From positions 43,753 to 107,752 of the forward strand of contig JAYQQF010000011.1 of NCBI GenBank assembly GCA_038145705.1: DNA of 64,000 nucleotides. The letters are read 5' to 3'. A program made the position numbers and the translations under genes. The DNA is from Alphaproteobacteria bacterium. GTDB taxonomy: Bacteria; Pseudomonadota; Alphaproteobacteria; SMXQ01. The notes under the pieces are model-generated. The model was not told where the DNA came from. It worked only from the letters and a program-made list of their open reading frames with translations, and did no database searches. How positions within the stretch are numbered: the stretch's first letter is position 1; each line of letters starts with the position of its first letter. Of this stretch, positions 36,061 to 45,762 are shown piece by piece.

Positions 36061-37680
36061 TCAAGCGGGCGCCGGTGCGGTGCGGCCCAGCACCATGTCG
36101 GCGCCCTTTTCCGCCATCATGATGACGCAGGCGTTGATGTTGCCCGAAACGAGATCGGGCATGGCCGCGGCGTCGATGACGCGGAGCGCCTCCATCCCGC
36201 GCACGCGCAGCTCACCATCGACGACCGCCTCTTGGCCCGTGCCCATCGGGCAGGTGCAGGACGGATGATGGGCGGTCAACGCACGCGACCGGATCCAGGC
36301 ATCGACCTCGGTGACCGACTGGCGATCGGGACCTGGCGCGGTTTCCCGGCCGCGGAAACGATCCATCGATTTTTCCGCCAACAGGGCGCGCGCCCGGCGC
36401 ACGCCCTCGCGCAAGACCGCGATGTCGTTGGGCTCGGCGAAGAAATTCTGGCGAATCTCGACGCGCGCCAGCGGGTCGGTCGAGCGCAGGCGCACGGTGC
36501 CCCGGCTTTCGGGATGCAGCAGGATGGGCCGCACGCCGCAGCGGTCGGGTTCGGGCTTGCGAATGCCCGGGAACCACAGGTGCGGTGCCGCCGACACGCC
36601 GCGGTAGATGAACTGGATGTCGGGAACGTCGATGTCGGAGCGCGTGCGGATGTAGCCGTGCAACCCGCTCGGCAGCACCGTCGCCGGGCCGGTGCCGAAC
36701 AGGTAGGCGCGCACGACGCTGACCGGCATGCGGTCGGCGCGCAGCTCGCGCACGAAGGGGCCCGGTTCCAGCCGTTCGGCGCCGACGACGACGCCGATGT
36801 GATCCTGCAGGTTGCCGCCGACGCCGGGCAAGTCATGCACCGGCGCGATGCCGACGGATTTCAGATGATCGGCGGGGCCGATGCCCGACAGCATCAGGAG
36901 CTGGGGTGAATTGAACACGCCGCCCGACAGGATGACCTCGCGCGCGGCATGGGCGATATGCTCGCGCCCGCCGCGCACATAAGCGATACCGGTGGCACGC
37001 GTGCCGTCCAGCACGATGCGCGTCGCATGGGCGCGCGTCAGCAGCGTCACGTTGCCGCGCGCCAGCGCCGGACGCAGGTAGGCTACCGCCGCCGACTGCC
37101 GCCGGCCGCGCCAGATGCAGGACTGGCTGCGGCTGACGCCTTCCTGGCGGGCGCCGTTGTGATCGGGGGTGAAGGGGTAGCCCTGGGCCTCCGCCGCTTC
37201 GCGGTAGGCATCGAACACCGGGTCCGTGGTGCGCGCGCCCTGCACCCGGATCGGCCCGTCGCCGCCGCGCCATTCGTCGGCGCCGCCTTCCCATGATTCG
37301 CAGCGCCGGAAATAGGGCAGCACCTCGCGATAGGACCAGCCGGCGAGGCCCGCGCGCGCCCAGCGGTCGTAATCGCCCGGGTTGCCCCGCACCCAGCTCA
37401 TGTGATTGATGGCGCTGGAGCCACCCACGACCTTGCCGCGCATCGCCTCGATCGCGCGCCCGCCGAGGCCGGGTTCCGATTCGGTATCATAGCCCCAGTC
37501 GTGGCTGCGCCGTTCGTGCATCACGCCGATGCCGAGCGGCACGTGGATCAGCGGATCGCGATCGGGCCCGCCCGCCTCCAGCACCAGGATTTTCGCCTCG
37601 GGCGCGCCTTCGGAAAGGCGCAGGGCCAATACGCAGCCGGCCGACCCGGCGCCGACGATGATGTAATCGTATTCGGACAT
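36061..37680 (-). CDS. GMC-family FAD-dependent oxidoreductase (choline dehydrogenase-like)
   Basis: ORF 36061..38046 trimmed to MSEYDYIIVGAGSAGCVLALRLSE (GxGxxG FAD fold)...; C-terminal HHPSCTCPMG active-site region. Confidence 0.85.
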   Translation of the reverse strand: MSEYDYIIVGAGSAGCVLALRLSEGAPEAKILVLEAGGPDRDPLIHVPLGIGVMHERRSHDWGYDTESEPGLGGRAIEAMRGKVVGGSSAINHMSWVRGNPGDYDRWARAGLAGWSYREVLPYFRRCESWEGGADEWRGGDGPIRVQGARTTDPVFDAYREAAEAQGYPFTPDHNGARQEGVSRSQSCIWRGRRQSAAVAYLRPALARGNVTLLTRAHATRIVLDGTRATGIAYVRGGREHIAHAAREVILSGGVFNSPQLLMLSGIGPADHLKSVGIAPVHDLPGVGGNLQDHIGVVVGAERLEPGPFVRELRADRMPVSVVRAYLFGTGPATVLPSGLHGYIRTRSDIDVPDIQFIYRGVSAAPHLWFPGIRKPEPDRCGVRPILLHPESRGTVRLRSTDPLARVEIRQNFFAEPNDIAVLREGVRRARALLAEKSMDRFRGRETAPGPDRQSVTEVDAWIRSRALTAHHPSCTCPMGTGQEAVVDGELRVRGMEALRVIDAAAMPDLVSGNINACVIMMAEKGADMVLGRTAPAPA

Positions 37681-37854
37681 TTTTCCCCCATGTGCGGGCC
37701 CCGTGTCCCGCAGCCTTTTTCTAGCACGCAAGCGGCCGCGCGGGCCAAGATTCGGCGCGACCACAGGGAACCGAGCGGCTAGGATAAGATCAGAAAAATG
37801 CCCCGGCCACGGCCCCTTCGGGCCATCCATCCGGGCACGTCCATCGGGGGAGCC

Positions 37855-38865
37855 ATGACCGACATCGACATCACCATCGCCGGCGGCGATTACGACCGCA
37901 CACGGCCCATCGCCGACGGGCGCGTCAAGGTTGACGGCTGCCGGGTGACCTACCTGAAGATCCAGCCGGCGGAACTGTTCTTCCGCGCCATGCGCTACGC
38001 GGAGTTCGACGTCACCGAGCTGTCGATCTCGAGCTACATGCTGCAACTGCAGCAGGGCATTTCCCCCTACACGGCGATACCCGTGTTCCTGTCACGCAGC
38101 TTCCGCCACAACAACCTGTTCATCCGCACCGACCGCGGCATCAAGTCGCCCGCCGACCTCAAGGGCAAGACGGTGGGCTGCCCCGAATACCAGCTGACCG
38201 CGGCCGTCTGGCTGCGCGGCCTGCTGAAGGACGAACACGGGGTCGAGTCGTGGGAGATGAAGTGGCGCACCGGCGGGCTCGAGGTGCCGGGCCGCGAGGA
38301 ACGCACGCCCATCAAGCTGCCGCCCAAGTACGATTACGCCTCCATCGGCAACCGGACGCTTTCGGACATGCTGGAAAAGGGCGAGATCGACGCGCTGATG
38401 AGCCCGCACGATCCCAGCTGCTACAAGCGCGGTGCGCCCAACGTCGCGCGCATGTGGCCCGACTACAAATCGGAAGAACAGGCCTATTACAAGCGCACCG
38501 GCCTGTTCCCGGTGATGCACCTTGTCGCCATCAAGAAGGTGCTGGTGGAAAAGTACCCGTGGCTGCCGCTGGCACTCAGCAAATCCTTCGCCAGGGCCAA
38601 GGACATGGCCATCGAGGACCTCAAGTTCCGCACGGTCGCGACGTCCACCCTGCCCTGGCTGCAGGCCGAGGTCGAAGCGACCGAGGCCAGCATGGGCAAG
38701 GACTACTGGCCCTATGGTTTCACCAAGAACCGCGAGGTTCTGGAAAAGCTGATCCGCTATTCGGCCGAACAGCACCTGACGGAACCCGGCCTCAAGCCCG
38801 AGGACCTGTTCCACGAAACGACGCTTGCCCCGGTGCCGGGCACCGGCGGGCAGGCGGCGCCGTAA
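37855..38865 (+). CDS. 4,5-dihydroxyphthalate decarboxylase-like protein (PhtD-like), paralog 3
   Basis: ORF 37798..38865 trimmed to ATG 37855 (SD GGGGGAG): MTDIDITIAGGDYDRTRPIADGRVKVDG...IPVFLSRSFRH...GEIDALMS. Confidence 0.5.
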   Translation: MTDIDITIAGGDYDRTRPIADGRVKVDGCRVTYLKIQPAELFFRAMRYAEFDVTELSISSYMLQLQQGISPYTAIPVFLSRSFRHNNLFIRTDRGIKSPADLKGKTVGCPEYQLTAAVWLRGLLKDEHGVESWEMKWRTGGLEVPGREERTPIKLPPKYDYASIGNRTLSDMLEKGEIDALMSPHDPSCYKRGAPNVARMWPDYKSEEQAYYKRTGLFPVMHLVAIKKVLVEKYPWLPLALSKSFARAKDMAIEDLKFRTVATSTLPWLQAEVEATEASMGKDYWPYGFTKNREVLEKLIRYSAEQHLTEPGLKPEDLFHETTLAPVPGTGGQAAP

Positions 38866-38877
38866 AGGGGGGCCGCG

Positions 38878-39708
38878 ATGAGCGAAAACTGGCAGATCCT
38901 GAAACAATGGCCGGAACTGATCCTCGACCGGCTGGCCGATGCGGGCGTGGCGCGCATCACCCTCAACCGGCCGGAAAAGCGCAACGCCTGGAACGAGGCG
39001 ATGGTCGAGGCGTTCTTCGAATCCCTTGAGATCGTACGCGCCGACCGCGAGTTGAAAGTCGTCATCACCCGGGGCGCGGGGCCGTTGTTTTCGTCTGGCC
39101 TCGATCTCTACTTCCTGAAGGAGGCCAATGCCTCCCCGCGCGACTGGGACCGGCCGACGCCGACGGTGGCGCTGGCCGAGGCGCTGCGCACCTTCCCCCG
39201 CGTCATGATGGCGCAGGTACACGGCTATTGCCTGGGTGGCGCGCTCGGCATCATGAACTGCCATGATTTGGTGATTGCCGCCGACGACGCGCAGTTCGGC
39301 ATGCCTGAAGTGCTGCGCGGCTCCTTCGGCCAGTTGGTGACCTCTACGCTGCTGCATGGCGGCGTACCGGTGAAGAAGGTGGTGTGGATGCAGATGGTCG
39401 GCCGCAACATTTCGGGTGTGGAGGCCGAGCGCCTCGGCATCGTCTCCCATGTCGTGCCCGCGGCGGAGCTGGAAGCGACGACGATCGAGACCGCGCGCGC
39501 CATCGCATCGCGTCACCTGGCGCCGCTTGAACACGCCAAGATCACCGTGCAGATGGGCCGCGATCTCAGCCTCAGCCAGGCGATTGCCCTTGACCAGCTG
39601 GTCGGCCAGCGCCTGCGCCGCGCCGTCGATCCGACGGGCGACGTGGAAAATTACCTGAAGTCCCAGAAGGGTGGGCCGAACCCCAATTACAAGCGGCCCG
39701 ACGTCTAG
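38878..39708 (+). CDS. enoyl-CoA hydratase/isomerase (crotonase) family protein
   Basis: 276 aa; ARITLNRPEKRNAW, oxyanion-hole GGALG motif. Confidence 0.8.
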   Translation: MSENWQILKQWPELILDRLADAGVARITLNRPEKRNAWNEAMVEAFFESLEIVRADRELKVVITRGAGPLFSSGLDLYFLKEANASPRDWDRPTPTVALAEALRTFPRVMMAQVHGYCLGGALGIMNCHDLVIAADDAQFGMPEVLRGSFGQLVTSTLLHGGVPVKKVVWMQMVGRNISGVEAERLGIVSHVVPAAELEATTIETARAIASRHLAPLEHAKITVQMGRDLSLSQAIALDQLVGQRLRRAVDPTGDVENYLKSQKGGPNPNYKRPDV

Positions 39709-39711
39709 GCG

Positions 39712-40302
39712 TCAGTCGATCGGCAGCACGGGCGCGTCGGGTGGCGGCTGGTTGTCGAAGACGCACAGGAGCGTCGCCGTCGCCATGTAATTGCCGATCA
39801 GCCCCATCAGGTCGACGAGCTGCTTCGCCCCGAACTGCTTGATCGCACGCTGGTAGGTTTCCGGGGACACCTTGTGCCTGCCCATCGCCTCGCGTCCCAG
39901 ATCGATGATCACCGCCTCGTCCTCGGGCAGGCCGGCTGTCGGCTTGCGGAACTTGATGATGTCGATGGTCGCCTGGCTGACGCCCCGGCGCAGGCCTTCA
40001 GGCTCGTGCGCCGCCCATTCGAAGCGCGAATCCATCTCGCGCGCGGTGATCAGGATGGCGATCTCGCGGTGCTTGTGGGAAAGACCGGTGTCGAAGCGCA
40101 GGTACTTGGCGACGGGTCGCAGAAGCGCGGACAGCGTCGGGCTATGCAGACGCACCCCGCCCGGGCCGCGCAGGCCCGCGAGCGAATCGGTGCCCGGCGC
40201 CACGTGGTGGTCGAAGACCTTCTTACCGGCCTCGTCGAGGTCCTCGCGGCGCACCAGCGGCAGCCGGCAGCCGGAATCCGAATGAATGTCGCTTGCGGTC
40301 AT
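39712..40302 (-). CDS. carboxymuconolactone decarboxylase (AhpD-like) family protein
   Basis: ORF 39712..40338; internal SD GGGGAGG places start at MTASDIHSDSG (40302); CMD-family helical domain. Confidence 0.65.
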   Translation of the reverse strand: MTASDIHSDSGCRLPLVRREDLDEAGKKVFDHHVAPGTDSLAGLRGPGGVRLHSPTLSALLRPVAKYLRFDTGLSHKHREIAILITAREMDSRFEWAAHEPEGLRRGVSQATIDIIKFRKPTAGLPEDEAVIIDLGREAMGRHKVSPETYQRAIKQFGAKQLVDLMGLIGNYMATATLLCVFDNQPPPDAPVLPID

Positions 40303-40373
40303 GGTGCCTCCCCAGAAGCCGTGTTCTCGTTGCGCCAAAGCTAACAGGCTTTGGCGGCGCGGGTAAGAGGGGG

Positions 40374-40562
40374 CTATTTGCGCCGCGTGTGTTCGGGCAG
40401 GCGCTTGCTGGCCGTCGCGGCGTAATCGTGAAGCTGCTTTTCGGTCATGGTGTCGAACATCTCGCGCGCGGCGCCTTTCAGCTTGCGCGGATCGATCTCG
40501 CCCCTTTTGGCCGCCAGCGCCATGCCGGCGGCGCGCTGCTGGGCCTTCGAGATCGCGGGCAT
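40374..40562 (-). CDS. small conserved protein (DUF3008-like)
   Basis: MPAISKAQQRAAGMALAAKRGEIDPRKLKGAAREMFDTMTEKQLHDYAATASKRLPEHTRRK; 62 aa; family call from recall. Confidence 0.5.
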   Translation of the reverse strand: MPAISKAQQRAAGMALAAKRGEIDPRKLKGAAREMFDTMTEKQLHDYAATASKRLPEHTRRK

Positions 40563-40572
40563 GGCGCCCCTA

Positions 40573-41550
40573 TTACGCCGCGCCGGCGCGGTTCTGGGCG
40601 TGGTTGCTGTCGCCCACCGCACCCTTCGGGCAGATGGCAGCGATGCGCGAGATATCCTCGGCAGACAAGGCAAGATCCAGCGCCTTGATGTTCTGCTCCA
40701 GGTGCCGGCGGCTCTTCGACGACGGGATGGGAATGACCTGCCCCGGCTGGTGCATCAGCCAGGCCAGCACCAACGCCGAAACGGCGACGCCCTTTTCCGC
40801 CGCCATGTCGGCAAGGGCCTTCACCATCTTGGCGTTCGCCTCGAAATTGCCGGGCGCGTAGCGGGCGTCGTCCAGCCGTTCGTCGCCCGCCGGGATATCG
40901 GCGCGCGAGCCGAAAAGCCCGGCAAGGATGCCGCGGCCGAGCGGCGCGAAGGCCATGAAGGCCATGCCGTGGGAGCGCGCCGAAGCCAGCAGCTTTTCCT
41001 CCGGCACGCGCACGAACAGCGAATATTCGTCCTGCATCGAGGCGACCGGATGCACCTTCCAGGCGCGGTCCAGCAGTTCCGGCGTCAGGCCCTTGGAAAT
41101 GCCGATGTTGCGCGTTTTGCCTTCCTTGACCAGTTCGGCCATGAAGCCGACCGAGTCCTCGACCGGGATATGGAGATCGACGCGCGAGATGCAGATCGCA
41201 TCGAGGCAGTCGATGCCGAGCCGCTTGAGCGCGCCTTCGGTCGAATTGCGGATATGCTCGCGCGAGCCGGCGACCTGGGTCTTGCCGTCGGGACGAACGG
41301 TGCCGAGCTTCGAATGGATCACGTACCTGTCGCGCTTGCCCTTGATGGCGCGCGCGATCAGCTGGTGATTGTGACCCTTGCCGTAGTTGGACGAGGTGTC
41401 GAGCAGGTTGACCCCGCCGTCGAGCGCAGCATGGATCGTCGCCACGCATTCATCGTCGTCCTGTGCGCCATAGCAGCCCGACATGCTCATGCAGCCGAGC
41501 CCCATGGGCGAGACCATCAGGTCGCTGGTGCCGAATTTTACCCGTTTCAT
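40573..41550 (-). CDS. aldo/keto reductase
   Basis: 325 aa; MKRVKFGTSDLMVSPMGLGCMSMSG...DTSSNYG AKR hallmarks. Confidence 0.85.
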   Translation of the reverse strand: MKRVKFGTSDLMVSPMGLGCMSMSGCYGAQDDDECVATIHAALDGGVNLLDTSSNYGKGHNHQLIARAIKGKRDRYVIHSKLGTVRPDGKTQVAGSREHIRNSTEGALKRLGIDCLDAICISRVDLHIPVEDSVGFMAELVKEGKTRNIGISKGLTPELLDRAWKVHPVASMQDEYSLFVRVPEEKLLASARSHGMAFMAFAPLGRGILAGLFGSRADIPAGDERLDDARYAPGNFEANAKMVKALADMAAEKGVAVSALVLAWLMHQPGQVIPIPSSKSRRHLEQNIKALDLALSAEDISRIAAICPKGAVGDSNHAQNRAGAA

Positions 41551-41576
41551 CGCTCTCCTCCCCGGCGCAAAGACGC

Positions 41577-43292
41577 CTAGTTGTGGCAGAGCGGCCCGCG
41601 CATCAGGCGGCCCGCATACGCGCCGGTATGCTCGTTGTCGTTCATGAAGCGCTGGCCGTTGACGATGGTGTGCCTGATGCCGTCGGTCTTCTGGATGATG
41701 CGCGGCGCGCCCGCGGGCAGGTCGCGCACCAGGTTGGGCATGGCGGGCGCCACCGTTTCGGGGTCGAACACGCAGACATCGGCGTAGTTGCCTTCGCGCA
41801 GCCAGCCGCGGCCTTCGAGGCCGAAGAAGGACGCGACATCGAAGCTGATCTTGCGCACCGCCGCTTCCAGCGTCATCGCGCCTTCGTTGCGCACCCAGTG
41901 GCCGAGAAGATGCCCGTGGATCGGGTTGATCGTCGTCGCCACATGGGCGCCCGCATCGGAGAAGGTGACGGCGGTCGCCGGGTGGCTGATCAGCGCGCGG
42001 ACGAAATCCTGGTCCTCGTTGTTGCTGGGCTGGATGAAGAACAGCTTCAGGTGCCGCTCGAGCGCCAGGTCGATAAAAACATCGACGGGGTCGTGCCCGC
42101 GTTCGCGCGCAATATCGGCGACCGAGGGGAACGGCGGCAGCGTACGGGTCAGCGGGAAGATCCAGTCCCAGTCGACGGGGCGCTGGAACAGGTTGGGCAA
42201 CGCCGGGTCCGGCTTGTGCCGGTGGGCATGGACGGCATCGACCAGTTTCGCCCGCATGGCCGGATCGCGCAGGCCCTTGTCCTGTTCTTCCAGGGGCAGC
42301 TTGCGGAAGGTCTTCCAGACCGGCAGCACGTCATAGGGCGTGCGCGTCTCGAAGGACCGAAGCGACACGTTCCACGTCGCGGTGCCCTGGATCATCATGC
42401 GAGCACCTTCGGAAATGGCCTGATCGACCATGCCGATCTGGCTGCGCCAGTGATCGGGATGGGTGCGACGGTAGAACGAACTGCCGAAGGTAAACGGCAC
42501 GCCGGTATCGACGGCAAGGCGACGGATGCTGTCCTGTTCGGCGCGGAATTCGTCGGGGTCGTCGATGCCGTTCTGGCGCGCGATCTCGACGATGCCGGTA
42601 CCCAGCTCGCCCAGCAGGCCGACGAGGCCGGCAAACTCGTCCCAGCTCGCCATGCGGCTTGCGACCGGCTTGCCGAGCGGCGTGCGATGCGCGTTGGTGC
42701 GCGAGGTCGAGAACCCGACCGCGCCCGCGCGCATGCTGGCTTCCAGCTCGCGCTTGAGCGCCGCGTAATCGTCGGCATCGGCTTCCTCTTCCATCGCGCG
42801 TTCGCCCATGACATGGGTGCGCAAAGCGGAATGGCCGACATAGCAGGCATAGTTGATGCCCTTGGGCAGCGCATCGACGACATCGAGATATTCGGGGAAG
42901 GTATCCCACTGCCAGGGAATGCCCGCTTCCATCGCCTCGATGGGGATGTCCTCGGCGCGCTCGAAGTTATGCAGCACGAGGGACTTCTGCGCCTCGGAGC
43001 ACGGCGCCAGCGTGAAGCCGCAATTGCCCATCACCACAGACGTCACCCCCGCCCAGCAGGAATTGCCGCCGAGATGATCCCAGAACACCTGGGCGTCCAT
43101 GTGGGTGTGGCCATCGACGAAGCCGGGCGACACGGTGAGCCCGTCGGCATCGATGGTGTCCTTTGCGCTTTCGCCCTTCAGGTTGCCGATGGCGGCGATG
43201 CGGTCGTCGCTGATGCCGACGTCGGCGCGGAAGCCCGGCAGCCCGGTACCATCGACCACGGTGCCGCCCTTGATGAGAATATCGTAGGCCAT
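41577..43292 (-). CDS. N-acyl-D-amino-acid deacylase (D-aminoacylase) family amidohydrolase
   Basis: ORF 41577..43460 trimmed to MAYDILIKGGTVVDGTGLPGFRADVGISDDRIAAIG (SD GGGGAGG); PGFVDGHTHMD metal site. Confidence 0.8.
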   Translation of the reverse strand: MAYDILIKGGTVVDGTGLPGFRADVGISDDRIAAIGNLKGESAKDTIDADGLTVSPGFVDGHTHMDAQVFWDHLGGNSCWAGVTSVVMGNCGFTLAPCSEAQKSLVLHNFERAEDIPIEAMEAGIPWQWDTFPEYLDVVDALPKGINYACYVGHSALRTHVMGERAMEEEADADDYAALKRELEASMRAGAVGFSTSRTNAHRTPLGKPVASRMASWDEFAGLVGLLGELGTGIVEIARQNGIDDPDEFRAEQDSIRRLAVDTGVPFTFGSSFYRRTHPDHWRSQIGMVDQAISEGARMMIQGTATWNVSLRSFETRTPYDVLPVWKTFRKLPLEEQDKGLRDPAMRAKLVDAVHAHRHKPDPALPNLFQRPVDWDWIFPLTRTLPPFPSVADIARERGHDPVDVFIDLALERHLKLFFIQPSNNEDQDFVRALISHPATAVTFSDAGAHVATTINPIHGHLLGHWVRNEGAMTLEAAVRKISFDVASFFGLEGRGWLREGNYADVCVFDPETVAPAMPNLVRDLPAGAPRIIQKTDGIRHTIVNGQRFMNDNEHTGAYAGRLMRGPLCHN

Positions 43293-43445
43293 GTTGTCCT
43301 CCCCGGATGCGGAACCGGGCCTCGGGCAATCCGCCACGGGCCGCTTTTCTTGTTGCGGGTGCGTTTGCCCGCCGTTCCTTGGGGATAGCCTACCCCCTCG
43401 CGCCGCCGACCGGCAACCGCCGAAGGCCCCGCTGACCGGCGGCCG

Positions 43446-44192
43446 TTGAAATACGCCCACCCCCGGTGTCTACTGGCGGGGATGCTACGCGCGCTTGTCC
43501 TTACGGTATTTATGGTCTTGTCGCTCACCGGTGCCGCCCGGGCCCAGGAGAAGGTCGATCTCGAACTGATCCTGATGGCCGACGTGTCGGGCAGCGTCAA
43601 TTACGAGGAATTTCGCCTGCAACGGCTGGGCTACGCGCAGGCTCTGCGCAACCCGCGCGTCCTGTCCGCCATCCGCAACGGACCCATAGGGCGCATCGCT
43701 GTTTCCTACGTCGAGTGGAGCGGCCATTTCCTGAAATCGGTGATCGTGCCGTGGACCGCCGTACGCGATCCGGCCGATGTCGAGAAAATCGCCCAGTTGC
43801 TGGAAACAGTGCCGCGCGAAATCTACGGCGGCGGCACCGCGGTCGGCAGCGCCATCCTCTACGGCGCCCAGTCGATCAACAACAACGCCTTCGATGGCAC
43901 GCGCAAGGTCGTCGATCTGTCCGGCGACGGCCCCGACAAGGACGGCCTGCCCGCAGCGGTCGGCCGCGACCAGGCGGTGGCGCAGGGTGTGACCGTCAAC
44001 GGGCTGCCGATCCTGGGCGACTTCCCGGGCCTCGACGTGTTCTTTCTCGATCACGTCATCGGCGGGCCGGGCGCCTTTTCCATCCCCGCGCGCGACTTCA
44101 AGGATTTCCAGTCGGCGATCCTGACCAAGCTGATCCGCGAAATCGCCGGCATCAACGACCCCGACGCGCCGCAGGCGGCCGAACGGCCCTAA
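43446..44192 (+). CDS. DUF1194 (vWA-like) domain secreted protein
   Basis: Signal peptide MLRALVLTVFMVLSLTGAARA (start TTG 43446 or ATG 43482); LILMADVSGSVNYEEF MIDAS-like motif. Confidence 0.65.
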   Translation: MKYAHPRCLLAGMLRALVLTVFMVLSLTGAARAQEKVDLELILMADVSGSVNYEEFRLQRLGYAQALRNPRVLSAIRNGPIGRIAVSYVEWSGHFLKSVIVPWTAVRDPADVEKIAQLLETVPREIYGGGTAVGSAILYGAQSINNNAFDGTRKVVDLSGDGPDKDGLPAAVGRDQAVAQGVTVNGLPILGDFPGLDVFFLDHVIGGPGAFSIPARDFKDFQSAILTKLIREIAGINDPDAPQAAERP

Positions 44193-45649
44193 GCGGCCGA
44201 GCGCCGCCCCATGCGCACCAGCATGGTGACGAAAACCACCGCCAGCACCAGCGGCAACAGGTTGAACGCATAAACCAGCGTCACCGCGCGGCCGACGTTT
44301 TCGGGCTCGGTCGCATCGCCAAGTCCGGCCATCGTCGAAATGCCGCCCGCGACGGCGGCGCCGAAGGCGGTGCCGAGCGAGCGCATGGAAGGCACGGCCG
44401 CCGACGTGATGCGTTCCTCGCCCTTGCGGGCATGGCCGATGGTGCGGGCAACGATATGCACGTTGTGGATGCCGACACCGATGCCGAGCACGAAGGCGGC
44501 GATCGCCAGGAATCCGAGCATCGGCTTCGCCGCAATCAGCGCCATGGTGCCGATGCCGACGAACATCAGGATGGGCCCCGCGCGCAGCGCCCAATCCTCG
44601 CGCCGGCCGGACCAGCCCGATACGGCGAAGGTGCCGAGCGTCCAGCCGAACGAAATGATGATGGCGATGAAGCTGATGAACAACGGCGTCACGCCGTGGA
44701 CGACCTGAAGCAGCAACGGCATGAACAGGTTCACCGAGGTCTGCGCCATGCCGCCCGTGAACAGCACCAGAAGCCCGAGCCCGACGGGCGAGCGCGGCGA
44801 AAAGGCCGCCGTCGGATAGAGCCGGTTGGCAGAGCGCGAATCGAGGCGCAGGGTCAGCCAGACGAGTGCGGCGGCGAGCACAAACAGCGCGATGCGCGGG
44901 GCAAGGTCATGAACCGGCCCCGACAGGCCGATGGCGAAAACGCCGGCCGCCAGCAGCGAAAGCCGCAGGAAGGGAATGGCCTGGGTGCGCGGAGGCTCGC
45001 CCGATGGCTCTTCCTCCGGAACGCGAAACCAGACGAGCGCCATGAAGATGAGCGCCAGAGGCACCATCGACCAGAACGAGCCGCGCCACCAGCCCAGTTC
45101 CGCGAAGCCGCCGCCGAGCGCGGGGCCGAGCAACTGGGCGATCATCCAGATGCCCTGCTGGGCGGCGATGATCCGTCGGCGCAAGGTTTCGTGAAACAGG
45201 CCCGCGATCAGGGCCATGCCGCCGCCGAAGATCAGCCCGCCGCCGTAACCCTGCACAAGGCGTGCGGCGCAAAGGGCGAACATGTTGGGCGCTAGCGCGC
45301 AGGCAATGGTGGCGACGAGGAAGATCGCCGCCGAAATAACGGTACCCCCGCGCCGCCCGCAGGCCGCCCACAACGGGCCGACGCTCGCCGTGCCGACAAT
45401 GGCGCCGACGGTGTAGAGCATGGAAGGCCAGGTGTAAAAATCGGCGCCGCCCACATCGGCGACGACGGTGGGCATGATGATGACGACGACGAGGATCTGC
45501 AGGGCGTGAACGATCACGCCCAGCATGACGATGGACGAATAAATGGCACGGCCGTCGCGGAACAGATCGCCCCAGGGGGCGGCCTGGGACGCGGACTTGG
45601 ACGTGGACTGGGCGGCGGATTCGCCTTTGTTTTCCGGTGTCTGGGTCAT
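44189..45649 (-). CDS. MFS transporter (DHA2/EmrB-like, 14 TM)
   Basis: 486 aa, multiple hydrophobic TM segments, MFS motif GRRGG-like loops. Confidence 0.8.
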   Translation of the reverse strand: MTQTPENKGESAAQSTSKSASQAAPWGDLFRDGRAIYSSIVMLGVIVHALQILVVVIIMPTVVADVGGADFYTWPSMLYTVGAIVGTASVGPLWAACGRRGGTVISAAIFLVATIACALAPNMFALCAARLVQGYGGGLIFGGGMALIAGLFHETLRRRIIAAQQGIWMIAQLLGPALGGGFAELGWWRGSFWSMVPLALIFMALVWFRVPEEEPSGEPPRTQAIPFLRLSLLAAGVFAIGLSGPVHDLAPRIALFVLAAALVWLTLRLDSRSANRLYPTAAFSPRSPVGLGLLVLFTGGMAQTSVNLFMPLLLQVVHGVTPLFISFIAIIISFGWTLGTFAVSGWSGRREDWALRAGPILMFVGIGTMALIAAKPMLGFLAIAAFVLGIGVGIHNVHIVARTIGHARKGEERITSAAVPSMRSLGTAFGAAVAGGISTMAGLGDATEPENVGRAVTLVYAFNLLPLVLAVVFVTMLVRMGRRSAA

Positions 45650-45762
45650 GGGCCGGCGCAGTTTGCCACGGGGGCGCGCAAAACAGCATCACTTTCCGCA
45701 AACAGGCCCGGACGCTAAACTGCATCCCGGCCCGGCAGCGGGCCCAAACGAGGGAGGCCGCC

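Noticed and set aside
37681-37854. GCGGG-ccccgtgt-CCCGC hairpin followed by T-run (agccttttt) read as a possible terminator
   Set aside because: On the plus strand nothing upstream is transcribed toward it (the upstream gene is the minus-strand GMC oxidoreductase start). On the minus strand it lies in the GMC 5' leader, so it is more likely a leader structure than a terminator.
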